A stretch of 32,000 nt of DNA from Moraxella nasovis (lineage in GTDB: Bacteria > Pseudomonadota > Gammaproteobacteria > Pseudomonadales > Moraxellaceae), in the NCBI RefSeq assembly GCF_022701215.1, contig NZ_CP089976.1, forward strand, positions 60,001 to 92,000. Direction: 5' to 3'. Positions within the stretch are counted from its first letter, which is position 1. Each line of letters opens with the position of its first letter. The position numbers were made by a program, and so were the translations under genes. Positions 1-9,046 of this stretch are shown in pieces. The notes beneath the pieces are model-generated. The model had not been told where the DNA came from. It ran no database searches and saw only the letters and a program-made list of their open reading frames with translations.

Positions 1-312
1 CGTATGCCAAACATTAAAGCTAAGGTCGTCTATAACGACAGTATCGCCCTCATTTACATAGTCGGCATTCACGCCATGCTCGGCATGAGAAAAAGTCTGC
101 ACACTTGGATAAACCTGCTGCAACTCTTTAACACCGCCTGTATGATCATCATGATGATGGGTGATGAGTATGGCAATAAGATTAAGACGATGATCTTTTA
201 GATATTTTAGTACTGGAGCAGCCTCGCCTGGATCGACGATGATTGCTTGATTGCCTTTAACAATCGCCCAAATGTAATTATCATCAAGTGCTTTAATAGC
301 ATCAATACGCAT
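1..312 (-). CDS. gloB: hydroxyacylglutathione hydrolase (glyoxalase II), N-terminal part; the 3' end runs off the window
   Basis: My own minus-strand translation from the ATG (reverse complement of 310-312) reads MRIDAIKALDDNYIWAIVKGNQAIIVDPGEAAPVLKYLKDHRLNLIAILITHHHDDHTGGVKELQ... It has the metallo-beta-lactamase THHHxDH motif and a GloB-type N-terminus. An AAGGA Shine-Dalgarno sits 5 nt upstream. It is absent from the ORF track because there is no in-window stop. Confidence 0.8.
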   Translation of the reverse strand, partial: MRIDAIKALDDNYIWAIVKGNQAIIVDPGEAAPVLKYLKDHRLNLIAILITHHHDDHTGGVKELQQVYPSVQTFSHAEHGVNADYVNEGDTVVIDDLSFNVWHT

Positions 313-325
313 GACAGTCCTTAAA

Positions 326-1405
326 TTAGCCGTGTTGTTTTTCAAAATCATTCATAAAATCTACTAATGCCAAAACTTGATCTAATGTGACGGCATTATA
401 GATACTAGCACGCATACCCCCCACCGCACGATGACCTTTTAGGCTTAGCAATCCAGCTTTCTTACTTTCTTCTAAAAACAGCTTATCTAACTTACTATCT
501 GCTAAGAAAAATGGCACATTCATGATAGAGCGGTGCTGTGGATTGACATCATTACGATAAAAGTCGCTATCATCAATCGCTTGATAAAGTGCTTGGGCTT
601 TTTGGCGGTTGAGTTTGTTGATGGCTTCTACGCCGCCTTGTTCAAGCAGCCACTCAAAAACCAGCCCTGACAGATACCACGCATATGTGGCAGGCGTGTT
701 TAGCATAGAATCACTATCAAGCTGATTTTGATAATTCATCACCGCAGGACACCATGGACTTGCCTTGCCTAATAAGTCCTTGCGTACGATGACAATGGTT
801 ATGCCTGCAGGACCAATGTTTTTTTGAGCACCTGCATAAATCATGCCAAAGTCATTCACGTTGATTGGTTCAGATAAGATACAAGATGAAAAGTCCGCTA
901 CAATCGGAGCGTCTACTTTTGGTGTATCAAATATTTGCACGCCATGAATCGTTTCGTTTGGACAGTAATGAAAGTAGTCTGCCTTATCACTAAGTTGCCA
1001 TGTATCTATGCTTGGTACGTCCTTGCCATCACCCTTGGCAACGACATTCACCTGACCCAAGCCAAGAGCTTCGTAACGCAAAGCTTCTTTGATGGCTTTA
1101 TTTGACCATGTACCAGTATCCAAATAATCTACCACGCCACCGCCTAGATTTAACGGAATGGCAGAAAATTGTAAAGAAGCACCGCCTTGTAAGAACAATA
1201 CAGCATAATCATCACTGATACCCATAAGCTTACGCAAATTGGCTTCAGCTTTTTGTGCTATCTCAATATAATCAGCACTTCGATGGCTAATCTCCATCAC
1301 ACTTGCTCCAAGCCCCTGCCAGTCTAACAGTTCAGCTTGGGCACGTTCAAGCACAGCGGTCGGCATACTTGCAGGACCTGCACAAAAATTTGCAAAACGA
1401 TTCAT
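326..1405 (-). CDS. serC: 3-phosphoserine/phosphohydroxythreonine aminotransferase
   Basis: 359-aa ORF with an ATG start. The N-terminus FNFCAGPASMPTAVLERAQAELLDWQGLGASVMEISHRS and overall length are typical of SerC. AAGGA lies 8 nt upstream. Confidence 0.95.
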   Translation of the reverse strand: MNRFANFCAGPASMPTAVLERAQAELLDWQGLGASVMEISHRSADYIEIAQKAEANLRKLMGISDDYAVLFLQGGASLQFSAIPLNLGGGVVDYLDTGTWSNKAIKEALRYEALGLGQVNVVAKGDGKDVPSIDTWQLSDKADYFHYCPNETIHGVQIFDTPKVDAPIVADFSSCILSEPINVNDFGMIYAGAQKNIGPAGITIVIVRKDLLGKASPWCPAVMNYQNQLDSDSMLNTPATYAWYLSGLVFEWLLEQGGVEAINKLNRQKAQALYQAIDDSDFYRNDVNPQHRSIMNVPFFLADSKLDKLFLEESKKAGLLSLKGHRAVGGMRASIYNAVTLDQVLALVDFMNDFEKQHG

Positions 1406-1521
1406 AATATATCCTTAAGCTCAAAAGTTTATTACATAGCTCTATTTTATCACAGACCTTCATACTCGGTAAAATTAGTTTCAGACTTGTTAAAGTTAGA
1501 TTGTCAGTACACAGCTTTTAA

Positions 1522-4314
1522 TCAGCCCAGCACACTTTCCCACACTGTACATACATAAGTTCGTAAGCATTGCCATGTATCATCGTGGACGATCATTTTT
1601 TGTTCAAGTAAGGCAAGCTCGTGGGTTTTTTGGCGTAGTTTCAGATAGGCTTGCGTCAAGCGATCGCATTGCTCAGGCGTCCAGATACCCGTCTTACTAA
1701 TCTCTTTAAAAATTCGTACATTATCAGGATAGATGGCAAGATTAGGGTATTTATGAGCGTAGCCTAGCACCATAAATTGTGCCAAAAACTCAATATCTAC
1801 AAGTCCGCCAAAGTCTTGTTTTAGATGAAATTCATGAGATTTTTGACTTCCTAAATGCGACTGCATTTTTTGACGCATGTCATTGACATCTTGCTTAACT
1901 TGGGCGATATCTCGCTTGGTAGTCAGCACCCTAATGCGACTGCTATCAAACTGAGCCAACACCGCTTTATCACCACAAATCCCCCTTGCCCGCACCAATG
2001 CCTGATGCTCCCACGCCCATGCTTTTTCGTTTTGGTAAATATCAAAAGCATGCGTGGATACGATCATCACCCCTGCATTGCCCGATGGCCGAAGTCGCAT
2101 ATCAAGCTCGTAAGCTCTTCCATCAAGCGTCTGAGTGGTCAGATAGGTAATAACTTTTTGAACAAGTCTAGAAGCAAACTTCATGCCGCTAATTACCCTA
2201 GCACCATCTGTATCAGCTCGCTCATCAATGGCATGCAAAAACACCACATCCAAATCGGACGCATAGCTCATCTCAAGCCCTCCAAGCTTGCCATAGCCGA
2301 TAATCGCAAAGCCACAAGATTCAGCTGTCGCAAGCGTGCCATCGGTCAGTCTTGGAGAGCCATGCTTACTAACCAGTTCATCAAAAGCACGGTACAACGC
2401 AGACTCAAGCACTACCTCAGCGATAAAAGTTAAGCTGTCTGACACTTTCATAATATGCCGAAGCCCTAAAATATCCGCCGTTGCAACTGCTAAAACTTGC
2501 GTTTTTTTAAAGGTACGGATGGCGTTTAGATAGTTCTCATCATCAAAAGGTTCAACCCTAAGTAAATGCTGTCGCAAAATATCGGTTAGTTCTGCTTTAT
2601 TTGGCAAGTGTAAATAGCGTTTTTGTAAAAAGTTATCTAATAAAACAGGGTGTAGTGCCAACTCTTTAGCAACCCAAGGGCTTGCTGATAGCATTGGGAT
2701 TAAGCTGATGGTAGCATTTGGATTTTCAGCAATCATCACAAGATAAATAGAACGCCGACAGATCGCCTCTAAGATAGCAATCAAACGCGGTACAGATAGA
2801 TTGGCACGATCTACCCCATCATTCTTTGCGTGCAGCAGTAAAGCATACAGTAGCACAGGATAGGCAGTTTCAAGTCTAGATTTTGGTTCGTGATCTAAGC
2901 TTGTCACAAGTTTAGATTGCCAAAACTCATCTAAGCTGCGTTTACTCTCATCGGTGAGATAAGTATCGAGCTGCTGCTTAATGTCGTGTGCTTGAGCAAG
3001 TTCTTGTTTTGGGCTTTGGCGATCAGTTACCATGCGACTAAATGGCTCAATCACTGTCGCACGGTGCATATTTAGCGTATCATAAAATGACGCTACATCA
3101 TTAAAGTCTAAAGTCTTAGCGATGGCAACAAGCTCGGTCTCATCGCTTGGTAATCGCTGTGTTTGCTTATCGTGGCGTGCTTGAATGGCGTGCTCAAGCC
3201 TGCGTAAGAATCGATACGCACCGCTTAGATTCTCGCCATCTTTGGCGGTTAAGTAGCCTAGCTCGGTCAGTCGCTCGATGGCAGTCAAACATGTTAAGTT
3301 ACCGCTTAACTGCACATGATGACCACCATAAATCAAGCAAAACGCCTGCACGATAAACTCAATGTCACGAATACCGCCACTACCAAGCTTGATATTATCT
3401 AAATCTTGACGCTGCATTTGCTGACTTACTATCATCGTCTTCATCTCACGCAAAGCAGAAAATGCTGTATAATCAATATAGTAGCGATAAACGAAGTTTT
3501 TGGCGATGGTCATTAATCGCTCGTTAAACTCATCAGATATGGCGTTTACTGTTCTACCCTTTAGCCAAGCGAATCTCTCCCACGTTCGCCCATGTTGGTT
3601 AAAATAATTACGCAAGCCTCCTAAATTCATCACTAAGGGTGAGCCATCGCCCCATGGACGCAGTCGCATATCTACTCGGAACACAAAACCATCGGCAGTG
3701 ATTTCATCAAGTAACCTAATCACAGCACGACCTAAGTGCAGCATAAATTTATGATTTTCAATGACTTTTTTGCCACTTTGACTGATGTCTGTTTCACCAT
3801 CGCCTAAATGCACAAAAACCAGATCAATATCGCTTGATAGATTTAGCTCCATCGCTCCAAGCTTACCCATCGCAATAATGGCAAATTCATCTTGGCGTTT
3901 TTTACCATCTACCTTGGTCATCGGCACACCAAAGCGATTGACAAGATTGGCATAAGCATACGCTTTGGTAAAATTAATGCACGCATTGGCAAAGGCGGAT
4001 AACTCATAGGTCAGCTGCTCAAGTGCGATCGCTTGTAAGGCATCTTGCCATATCCACTTTAGCATAAGTAAGTTTCGCAAGTTTCGCAAGCCTTGCATGA
4101 CTTGGCTTTCATCAATATTTATCAGATTATCATCGGCAGACACACCCACAAACTCACGTACCATGATGTCAAATTCATCATCTGTTATGGGCTTATTAAA
4201 AGGATTTTTTGCCAAAAATGCTTGGGCTTGGGTGCGTTTTTTATTAAAAATAGACAGTGCAAAAGGACTGGCGACAGCAAGCTTATCTAATTTGTGTGCA
4301 GCTGGAGTGAACAT
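1522..4314 (-). CDS. glnE: bifunctional glutamine synthetase adenylyltransferase/adenylyl-removing enzyme
   Basis: 930-aa ORF with two nucleotidyltransferase modules (GKLGAMELNLSSDIDLVFVH and GKLGGLEMSYASDLDVVFLH). Size matches GlnE. Confidence 0.95.
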   Translation of the reverse strand: MFTPAAHKLDKLAVASPFALSIFNKKRTQAQAFLAKNPFNKPITDDEFDIMVREFVGVSADDNLINIDESQVMQGLRNLRNLLMLKWIWQDALQAIALEQLTYELSAFANACINFTKAYAYANLVNRFGVPMTKVDGKKRQDEFAIIAMGKLGAMELNLSSDIDLVFVHLGDGETDISQSGKKVIENHKFMLHLGRAVIRLLDEITADGFVFRVDMRLRPWGDGSPLVMNLGGLRNYFNQHGRTWERFAWLKGRTVNAISDEFNERLMTIAKNFVYRYYIDYTAFSALREMKTMIVSQQMQRQDLDNIKLGSGGIRDIEFIVQAFCLIYGGHHVQLSGNLTCLTAIERLTELGYLTAKDGENLSGAYRFLRRLEHAIQARHDKQTQRLPSDETELVAIAKTLDFNDVASFYDTLNMHRATVIEPFSRMVTDRQSPKQELAQAHDIKQQLDTYLTDESKRSLDEFWQSKLVTSLDHEPKSRLETAYPVLLYALLLHAKNDGVDRANLSVPRLIAILEAICRRSIYLVMIAENPNATISLIPMLSASPWVAKELALHPVLLDNFLQKRYLHLPNKAELTDILRQHLLRVEPFDDENYLNAIRTFKKTQVLAVATADILGLRHIMKVSDSLTFIAEVVLESALYRAFDELVSKHGSPRLTDGTLATAESCGFAIIGYGKLGGLEMSYASDLDVVFLHAIDERADTDGARVISGMKFASRLVQKVITYLTTQTLDGRAYELDMRLRPSGNAGVMIVSTHAFDIYQNEKAWAWEHQALVRARGICGDKAVLAQFDSSRIRVLTTKRDIAQVKQDVNDMRQKMQSHLGSQKSHEFHLKQDFGGLVDIEFLAQFMVLGYAHKYPNLAIYPDNVRIFKEISKTGIWTPEQCDRLTQAYLKLRQKTHELALLEQKMIVHDDTWQCLRTYVCTVWESVLG

Positions 4315-4526
4315 AGGTCTTTCCTAGAAAAGTTCATGATGATACATTAGGGTGTATCCTTGTATCTGTTATTTAAGTTATTTAAGCTAAGCGTGATGTT
4401 TATCATATAAAATCACCACGACAGCTTTTTTTGGTTTATCCATAAAATATATCGTGAATATAAAGCATGCCCTAATTTTACACCAATTTTTAGGTTATAA
4501 TAAGCAAATTTAACATCAAATCTACC

Positions 4527-4907
4527 ATGAAAAAATTACTCCTTATCACTTCTGCCCCTTATGCACGCACGCATAAAGACGGTTTAAGCTTCGCTAAATC
4601 CGCCTTACAAGACAACCAAGCCGTCAGCATATTTTTTTATGGTGATGGTGCAATGGTTGCAAACCGTTTGGCGTGGCAAAGTAGCGATGTTATTAATATC
4701 ACTACTGAATGGGCAAGCTTAGCCAGCCAAGCTAATCTAAAATTATCTGTTTGTGTAAGCACCGCTCTTGCTCGTGGCGTATGCGACAGTGATAACGCCA
4801 AACGCCATCATTTAACAGGCGATAACCTGCACCCTGCATTTACTCTGGTGGGCTTATCAGAGCTTGCATTAAGCCTTGATGATGACACCGAATTATTACA
4901 GTTTTGA
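4527..4907 (+). CDS. tusD: sulfurtransferase TusD (DsrE family)
   Basis: 126 aa. DsrE-like N-terminus (LLLITSAPY...VSIFFYGDG) and a conserved active-site Cys context (LSVCVSTALARGV). It is the first gene of a tus cluster. Confidence 0.85.
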   Translation: MKKLLLITSAPYARTHKDGLSFAKSALQDNQAVSIFFYGDGAMVANRLAWQSSDVINITTEWASLASQANLKLSVCVSTALARGVCDSDNAKRHHLTGDNLHPAFTLVGLSELALSLDDDTELLQF

Positions 4908-4911
4908 GACA

Positions 4912-5229
4912 ATGAATATTTTAATTAAAATCAGCACCGATAGCGAGCTTATCAGTTATGAAGCGATTGCATTAGCCTTTACGCTTGCAACTTTCGACCA
5001 TGTTGTGCAGTTATATTTTTATGGTGACAGCTTTTATATTTTAGCCGACAGCACAACCCGTGCTTATGGCATGATCCAGTCGCTAGAGTTATATGACTTG
5101 CCTTATGCTTGGGCAGGTTTTAGGGAAATGACTGTGGCTTTTGATGATAAGATTTTGGATAATATCCGATACTTTGATGGTAAAATTAGCGATAAACTTG
5201 ACGAATTTGACAGCGTATTGGAATTTTAA
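4912..5229 (+). CDS. tusC: sulfurtransferase TusC (DsrF family)
   Basis: I chose the ATG at 4912 (MNILIKIS...), 4 nt after the tusD stop, over the ORF-track start at 4876, which overlaps tusD. Supporting motifs are VQLYFYGDSFYIL, LELYDL and a C-terminal FDSVLEF resembling the YDVILRF end of E. coli TusC. Confidence 0.7.
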   Translation: MNILIKISTDSELISYEAIALAFTLATFDHVVQLYFYGDSFYILADSTTRAYGMIQSLELYDLPYAWAGFREMTVAFDDKILDNIRYFDGKISDKLDEFDSVLEF

Positions 5230-5549
5230 TGACACTTTCTTCTCAGCTTGACCAAGACGGTCATCTCACCGACCATAACTTATGGACAAAAGACATCGCT
5301 CAGACGCTTGCTGATACCTTAGATGTACAACTAACAGATGTGCATTTTCGTATCTTATTAGCGGTGCGGACGTTTTTTGATACATACCACCACAGTCCCA
5401 GCACTCGTCCACTGATTAAATATCTCTCAAAAGTCTTGCCTGACGATGAGATTAATAACGCTAAGTTACAACAACTGTTTAATACAGGACTTGTGGCTCG
5501 CCATGTCAATCGCTTGGCAGGCTTACCTAAGCCGCCTAATTGCTTATAA
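5229..5549 (+). CDS. tusE: sulfur relay protein TusE/DsrC family
   Basis: 106 aa. The DsrC/TusE C-terminal signature ...RLAGLPKPPNCL carries the conserved Cys. The start overlaps the tusC stop as TAATG. Confidence 0.8.
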   Translation: MTLSSQLDQDGHLTDHNLWTKDIAQTLADTLDVQLTDVHFRILLAVRTFFDTYHHSPSTRPLIKYLSKVLPDDEINNAKLQQLFNTGLVARHVNRLAGLPKPPNCL

Positions 5550-5569
5550 CGAATACCTCTGACATAGCA

Positions 5570-6109
5570 TTAATCAGGGCGACTAGATAGTCTGTGATAA
5601 CCGACACTTTCGCCGACATCACCACCAAAGCCAAACTGTCGCCACACTTCATATAAGCATATCGATACAGTATTAGCAAGATTTAGGCTGCGAGATTCAG
5701 GTAGCATAGGTAAACGTAACCAATTATCCGATCCGATGTCATCACGCACCTCCACAGGCAGGCCATCTGTTTCTGACCCAAAAATTAGAGCGATATGCTC
5801 ACCATCTTGGCGCGAGTGGTTAAACTGCCTTTCATAAAATGGCTTACTAAACTTAGTCGTCAATGCCACGATTTGACCGACATTGTTATCATGCAAAAAT
5901 GCTCGGCACGCTCTCCAGTCTTTATGCACTTGCAGATTAGCGTATTCATGATAATCAAGCCCTGCTCGCTTAAGCTTAGTATCATCAAGCTCAAAAGCAA
6001 GTGGCTGCACTAAATGTAGCTTTGCCCCTGTATTGGCACACAGACGAATCACATTGCCAGTATTGTTAGGGATTTTTGGCGATACAAGTACGATATGAAT
6101 GTCAGGCAT
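5570..6109 (-). CDS. trmL: tRNA (cytidine/uridine(34)-2'-O)-methyltransferase, SpoU/TrmH family
   Basis: MPDIHIVLVSPKIPNNTGNVIRLCANTGAKLHLV closely matches the TrmL (YibK) N-terminus. I chose the ATG at 6109, which has AAGGG 5 nt upstream. The ORF track starts 2 codons earlier at a GTG (6115). Confidence 0.85.
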   Translation of the reverse strand: MPDIHIVLVSPKIPNNTGNVIRLCANTGAKLHLVQPLAFELDDTKLKRAGLDYHEYANLQVHKDWRACRAFLHDNNVGQIVALTTKFSKPFYERQFNHSRQDGEHIALIFGSETDGLPVEVRDDIGSDNWLRLPMLPESRSLNLANTVSICLYEVWRQFGFGGDVGESVGYHRLSSRPD

Positions 6110-6175
6110 AAGCACCCTTGATGAACTCTATGATTAAACCCTCTATTTTAGCAAACTTTTACTATTTATACACCC

Positions 6176-6209
6176 AAATAAAAACACCGCCTAGCTTAGA
6201 CGATGTTTT
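6176..6209 (-). terminator. Rho-independent terminator candidate
   Basis: On the minus strand, AAAACATCGT / loop CTAAGCTAG / GCGGTGTTTT forms a 10-bp stem with 2 G-U pairs, running into TTTTTATTTGG. It lies about 40 nt downstream of the decayed ORF at 6249-6497 and upstream of trmL. Confidence 0.45.
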
Positions 6210-6248
6210 AATAAAAAATTAGTTTTAAAATTAGTCTTAATGAACTAA

Positions 6249-6497
6249 TTATTCAAAGATAAAACCTAAGCCAGTACCGACACTAAAGTCGCTACGAGAA
6301 TCAGCGTTAGCAATGCCTTTAAATATCCACTTACCATTATCACAGATGCTAGAAAATCCTAAAGCAACACCTGATTCTCCTCGGTACAATGCCTGCACGA
6401 TTCTTGCTTAGTTCACCATTAAGGTGATTGGTCGCATTTTTGGGTAATGCTGTATGAACAACTACTACAAAAATTAAAAAAAACTATAAGTTATCAT
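6249..6497 (-). pseudogene. decayed small secreted/outer-membrane-like ORF needing two compensating frameshifts
   Basis: From the ATG (reverse complement of 6495-6497) the reading is MITYSFF, then a T8 tract (A8 on + at 6476-6483), then a stop. Shifted by one base it continues LIFVVVVHTALPKNATNHLNGELSKNRAGIV (signal-peptide-like). The original frame resumes as ALYRGESGVALGFSSICDNGKWIFKGIANADSRSDFSVGTGLGFIFE*, with the stop at 6249-6251. That tail has the alternating Gly/hydrophobic pattern of a beta-barrel C-terminal strand. Confidence 0.25.
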
Positions 6498-6554
6498 ATG
6501 GCTAAAAACACCGTCTTTTGGTACTTCTTTTTATGATTGTTGTATCAGATAAGT

Positions 6555-7703
6555 TTAATTGAAAAACTCACCCACCAGATGATTCACATAGCGAAATCCT
6601 AGTTCAGTGGGAGCGATGATGTCGGGACTGTTTATAAGCAGTCCTTGATTTTGCAGGCTTGCGATGGTTGTTGCCACACAATCAAGACCAAGCCCTGTCC
6701 GCTGTCTAAATGTATCAATACTCACACCTTGACGCAATCTTAGGGCATTCATCATAAATTCTCCTATCAGCTCATCATCAAGGATTTGGGTAAATTTCAC
6801 CATCTTTGGGTGTGTGTCAAACGACAGATAATCCTTAGGTAAGCGAGATTTATAAAAGCGATAAATGCCATCATCGGATAAAGTTACCTTTCCGTGAGCC
6901 CCTGCTCCAATCGCCAAATAATCACCAAACTGCCAGTAATTGATATTATGCCGACACATACCATCTTTACCACCCCAAGCTGATACTTCATAATTATAAA
7001 AACCATGATCAAGCAGCAGCTTTTTACCTGTCATCTCAATCGCCTCAAGCGTATCTTCATCAGGCAGATCAGGTGGCGAGCGAAAAAAAGCGGTATTTGG
7101 CTCTATCGTCAGCTGATACCATGAGATATGGGTCGCCCCACTGTCTATGGCAAGCGATAAATCACGATATGCAAGCTTAGGCGTCTGATGTGGCAAGCCG
7201 TGCATTAAGTCGGCATTGACACGAATAAATCCAGCAGCCCTAGCACTTTTAATGGCGTTTATCGCATCATGTGAATTATGAATACGTCCAAGTGCGTTCA
7301 AAGCCTTATCATTAAAGCTTTGTACACCGATAGATAGGCGATTAATCCCAACTTCTAGGTAATCGGCAAAAGGGGCGTGCTCTAGCGTTGCAGGATTAGC
7401 CTCTAAAGTAATCTCACAATCTGCCTGAAAGCTAAACATCTCACGCAAGCCATGAAACAGCCGCATAAATTCGTGTATCGGTAGTAGTGATGGCGTCCCC
7501 CCGCCAATGAACACACTACTGATAGGACGGTCTTGGGCAAGATGAATCTGCGAACGAGCATCCAGTAATAACGCATCAACATACTCACTAAAAGGCGTGC
7601 GATCTGTTAAAGCGTGCGAATTAAAATCGCAATAAGGGCACTTTTTTACGCACCACGGAATGTGAATGTATAAAGCAAGCGGAATGACAGCAGAATCAAG
7701 CAT
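6555..7703 (-). CDS. hemW: radical SAM family heme chaperone HemW (oxygen-independent coproporphyrinogen III oxidase-like)
   Basis: 382 aa. LALYIHIPWCVKKCPYCDFNS carries the CxxxCxxC radical-SAM motif, and length is HemW/YggW-type. Confidence 0.9.
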   Translation of the reverse strand: MLDSAVIPLALYIHIPWCVKKCPYCDFNSHALTDRTPFSEYVDALLLDARSQIHLAQDRPISSVFIGGGTPSLLPIHEFMRLFHGLREMFSFQADCEITLEANPATLEHAPFADYLEVGINRLSIGVQSFNDKALNALGRIHNSHDAINAIKSARAAGFIRVNADLMHGLPHQTPKLAYRDLSLAIDSGATHISWYQLTIEPNTAFFRSPPDLPDEDTLEAIEMTGKKLLLDHGFYNYEVSAWGGKDGMCRHNINYWQFGDYLAIGAGAHGKVTLSDDGIYRFYKSRLPKDYLSFDTHPKMVKFTQILDDELIGEFMMNALRLRQGVSIDTFRQRTGLGLDCVATTIASLQNQGLLINSPDIIAPTELGFRYVNHLVGEFFN

Positions 7704-7782
7704 ATAAGATAAATATCACAAACACGCCGCCCACCTAAACGCTGGGTAAACGGCTAAATAGAAGTGGAACGGTGCTACTTGT

Positions 7783-8952
7783 TTACTCTTGCATGAATTC
7801 AAAAGGCTCAAGCTTGAATTTTAGCTCAAGATGACGCTCAAGTGCTGGCACATTAAAGGCGTCATTCTCACTAACAAAGCTAATAGAAATGCCTGTCTGA
7901 CCTGCTCGCCCTGTTCTGCCAATGCGGTGTACATAATCATCAGGCATATCAGGCAAGGTAAAGTTAATCACATGCGTCACATCATCTACATGAATACCAC
8001 GACCTGCGACATCTGTCGCTACTAGAATGCTCACTTCACCATCTTTAAAACGCTGCAAATAACGCTCTCGCTTTTGTTGGGCGACATCGCCTGAGAGCAT
8101 GGTTACCTCGTGATGGCGACGAAGGTTATCGTACAGACGCTTTACTTGGTCTTTACGATTGGCAAAAATAATGCATTTTTTGACCGCATTATCACTTAAA
8201 ATCTGACGCAGTGCTGTCATTTTTTCTTTTTCGGTTAAAAGATAAAACAGCTGCGTAATATCTTTATTGGTCTTACTCTCTGGAGTAATTTCCACAAAAG
8301 TTGGCTGATGTAGCCATCGGTATGCCAAATTCATCACATCGGTGTTAAAGGTTGCTGAAAATAGCAGGCTTTGGCGATGTGTGTTGCTAGGCATTTTATT
8401 TACAATGCGTTTAATGTCGGGGATAAAGCCCATATCCAGCATACGATCTGCTTCATCAAGCACAAACACTTCAACCCTATCAAGAAACAACACGCCCTTA
8501 TTCACCCAGTCAATAATTCGCCCTGGCGTGCCGATTAAGATATCGAGCGGACGACGTTCAAACTGCTTAGACTGCTTATCAAAGTCTGCTCCACCTGTGA
8601 TACATAGGCTATACAGATTAGCAAAACGAGTCAATTCACGACAGTCAGCGAAAATCTGCTGAGCTAACTCTCTGGTCGGAGCTAAAATTAACGCTCGTGG
8701 CTCACCCAAAAACTGCTGCTCATCTTGGGTAAATGGTCTTTTTAATAAAGACTCAATCACTGTGATTAAAAAAGCCGCTGTCTTACCTGTGCCTGTCTGA
8801 GCCTGTCCGATGGCATCTTGGTGGGCGAGTGTATGCGGTAATATCTGAGATTGAATCGGTGTTAGGCGATCAAATTTTAAAGACTTGATAGCCTTTAAGG
8901 TTGCATCAGATAAAGGTAAGTCGGTGAACTTGGTAAAATTGGAATCTGTCAT
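7783..8952 (-). CDS. rhlB: DEAD-box ATP-dependent RNA helicase, RhlB-like, lacking the Arg-rich C-terminal tail
   Basis: Motifs present are Q-motif TPIQ, AQTGTGKTAAF, PTRELA, VLDEADRMLDMGF, SAT, and HRIGRTGRAG. It aligns along its length with E. coli RhlB as I remember it. I chose the ATG at 8952; the ORF track extends 3 codons to a TTG at 8961. Confidence 0.75.
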   Translation of the reverse strand: MTDSNFTKFTDLPLSDATLKAIKSLKFDRLTPIQSQILPHTLAHQDAIGQAQTGTGKTAAFLITVIESLLKRPFTQDEQQFLGEPRALILAPTRELAQQIFADCRELTRFANLYSLCITGGADFDKQSKQFERRPLDILIGTPGRIIDWVNKGVLFLDRVEVFVLDEADRMLDMGFIPDIKRIVNKMPSNTHRQSLLFSATFNTDVMNLAYRWLHQPTFVEITPESKTNKDITQLFYLLTEKEKMTALRQILSDNAVKKCIIFANRKDQVKRLYDNLRRHHEVTMLSGDVAQQKRERYLQRFKDGEVSILVATDVAGRGIHVDDVTHVINFTLPDMPDDYVHRIGRTGRAGQTGISISFVSENDAFNVPALERHLELKFKLEPFEFMQE

Positions 8953-9046
8953 AAGGCTCAATGCGTGATAAAATTAACGGGCGTATCTTAACATAAACTT
9001 AACATAAGAACGATACACGATATAAAGTTTAAGGCTGCCAATCTTC

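Noticed and set aside
4-201. 65-aa + strand ORF at the left edge
   Set aside because: It lies antisense to a clear GloB-type coding sequence on the minus strand (THHHDDH motif). It has no recognisable features.
1855-2433. 192-aa + strand ORF
   Set aside because: It is entirely antisense to glnE, has low-complexity composition and matches no motif. It is a typical shadow ORF. The same applies to 2336-2533, 3147-3356, 4093-4327.
4876-4911. Longer tusC start overlapping tusD by 32 nt
   Set aside because: The added residues (MMMTPNYYSFET) are not DsrF-like. The ATG at 4912 gives the family-typical MNILIKIS start right after the tusD stop.
5550-5569. Convergent tusE and trmL stops only 20 nt apart with no hairpin
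   Set aside because: It implies overlapping 3' transcripts, but I see no structure or motif to interpret. Such spacing is common in compact genomes.
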